Positions 63,546 to 64,000 of a stretch of 64,000 nt of DNA are shown here, piece by piece. The stretch lies in the NCBI RefSeq assembly GCF_009914755.1, contig NC_060946.1; one strand, written 5' to 3'. Made by a program: the position numbers and the translations under genes. The notes beneath the pieces are model-generated. The model made no database searches. It was given only the letters and a program-made list of their open reading frames with translations, and had not been told where the DNA came from. This DNA comes from the human T2T-CHM13v2.0 reference genome, Homo sapiens. How positions within the stretch are numbered: position 1 is the stretch's first letter; each line of letters begins with the position of its first letter.

Positions 63546-63816
63546 TTTATTATTTTTATATACTGTTTTTCTTATACATTCTTTTAAAACACATATACTA
63601 TAGATACCCTATGAAAAGTAAATAGAATTATAGTATACATACTGTTTTGCTCCTTGATCTTTTTCACTGACTATGTCTTAAAGGTTTTTTCCATATTAGT
63701 ACACAGAGTTCCATTAGATTCCCTAACAGCTATATAATATTCTGTTATATTCATGTTTCATAGTTTAAATAACCAGTCTCTTTTTGAAGGGCATTTAGGG
63801 CGTTTCCAGATGTTTT

Positions 63817-63932
63817 GCTATTGCAAATAGTGCTTTTAGGATGTTTCATTCTAAAAAGCATCCTAAAAGCTATTGCAAACAGTGCTGAATGTTTCCATCC
63901 CAAAAACTGTCCTAAAAGCTATTGCAAACAGT
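63817..63932 (+). repeat. Degenerate ~50-bp triplication with an internal inverted repeat
   Basis: GCTATTGCAAA at 63817, 63869 and 63918; GCTTTTAGGATG / CATCCTAAAAGC inverted pair. Confidence 0.85.
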
Positions 63933-64000
63933 TTTGAAATGTACATTTATATATATCAATATTTGGTCATATGTATATCTGTATGTCTGTAGGATAAATG

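Overview
Primate (almost certainly human) genomic DNA, very Alu-dense (about 55 Alu/FLAM copies), with no credible protein-coding exon. Nearly all ORFs in the track are Alu, L1 or Tigger translations, or GC-rich noise. It looks like the upstream region, a probably non-coding first exon and the start of a long first intron of a + strand gene that I cannot name. CpG island 1 (~18.0-18.85 kb) carries a near-consensus REST/RE1 element, a Met-Asp-stop micro-uORF, a (GGC)6(AGC)4 repeat and a strong GTGAGT donor at 18791. CpG island 2 (~37.85-38.55 kb) looks like an alternative promoter with a short ATG-to-donor open exon. Other repeats are MaLR solo LTRs, old L1M/L2/MIR fragments, and a Tigger1 with both termini and a TA TSD nested in L1M. 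The most unusual signals are structural. First, there are three separate 235-372 bp non-tandem direct duplications, each with its apparent donor 1.7-3.4 kb downstream of the inserted copy, plus a deletion with foreign filler; together these suggest a local cluster of templated-insertion repair scars. Second, one TSD-bounded composite L1 insertion reads as a twin-primed copy of a chimeric L1/transduction/L1 read-through transcript. I see no evidence for a new protein-coding system.
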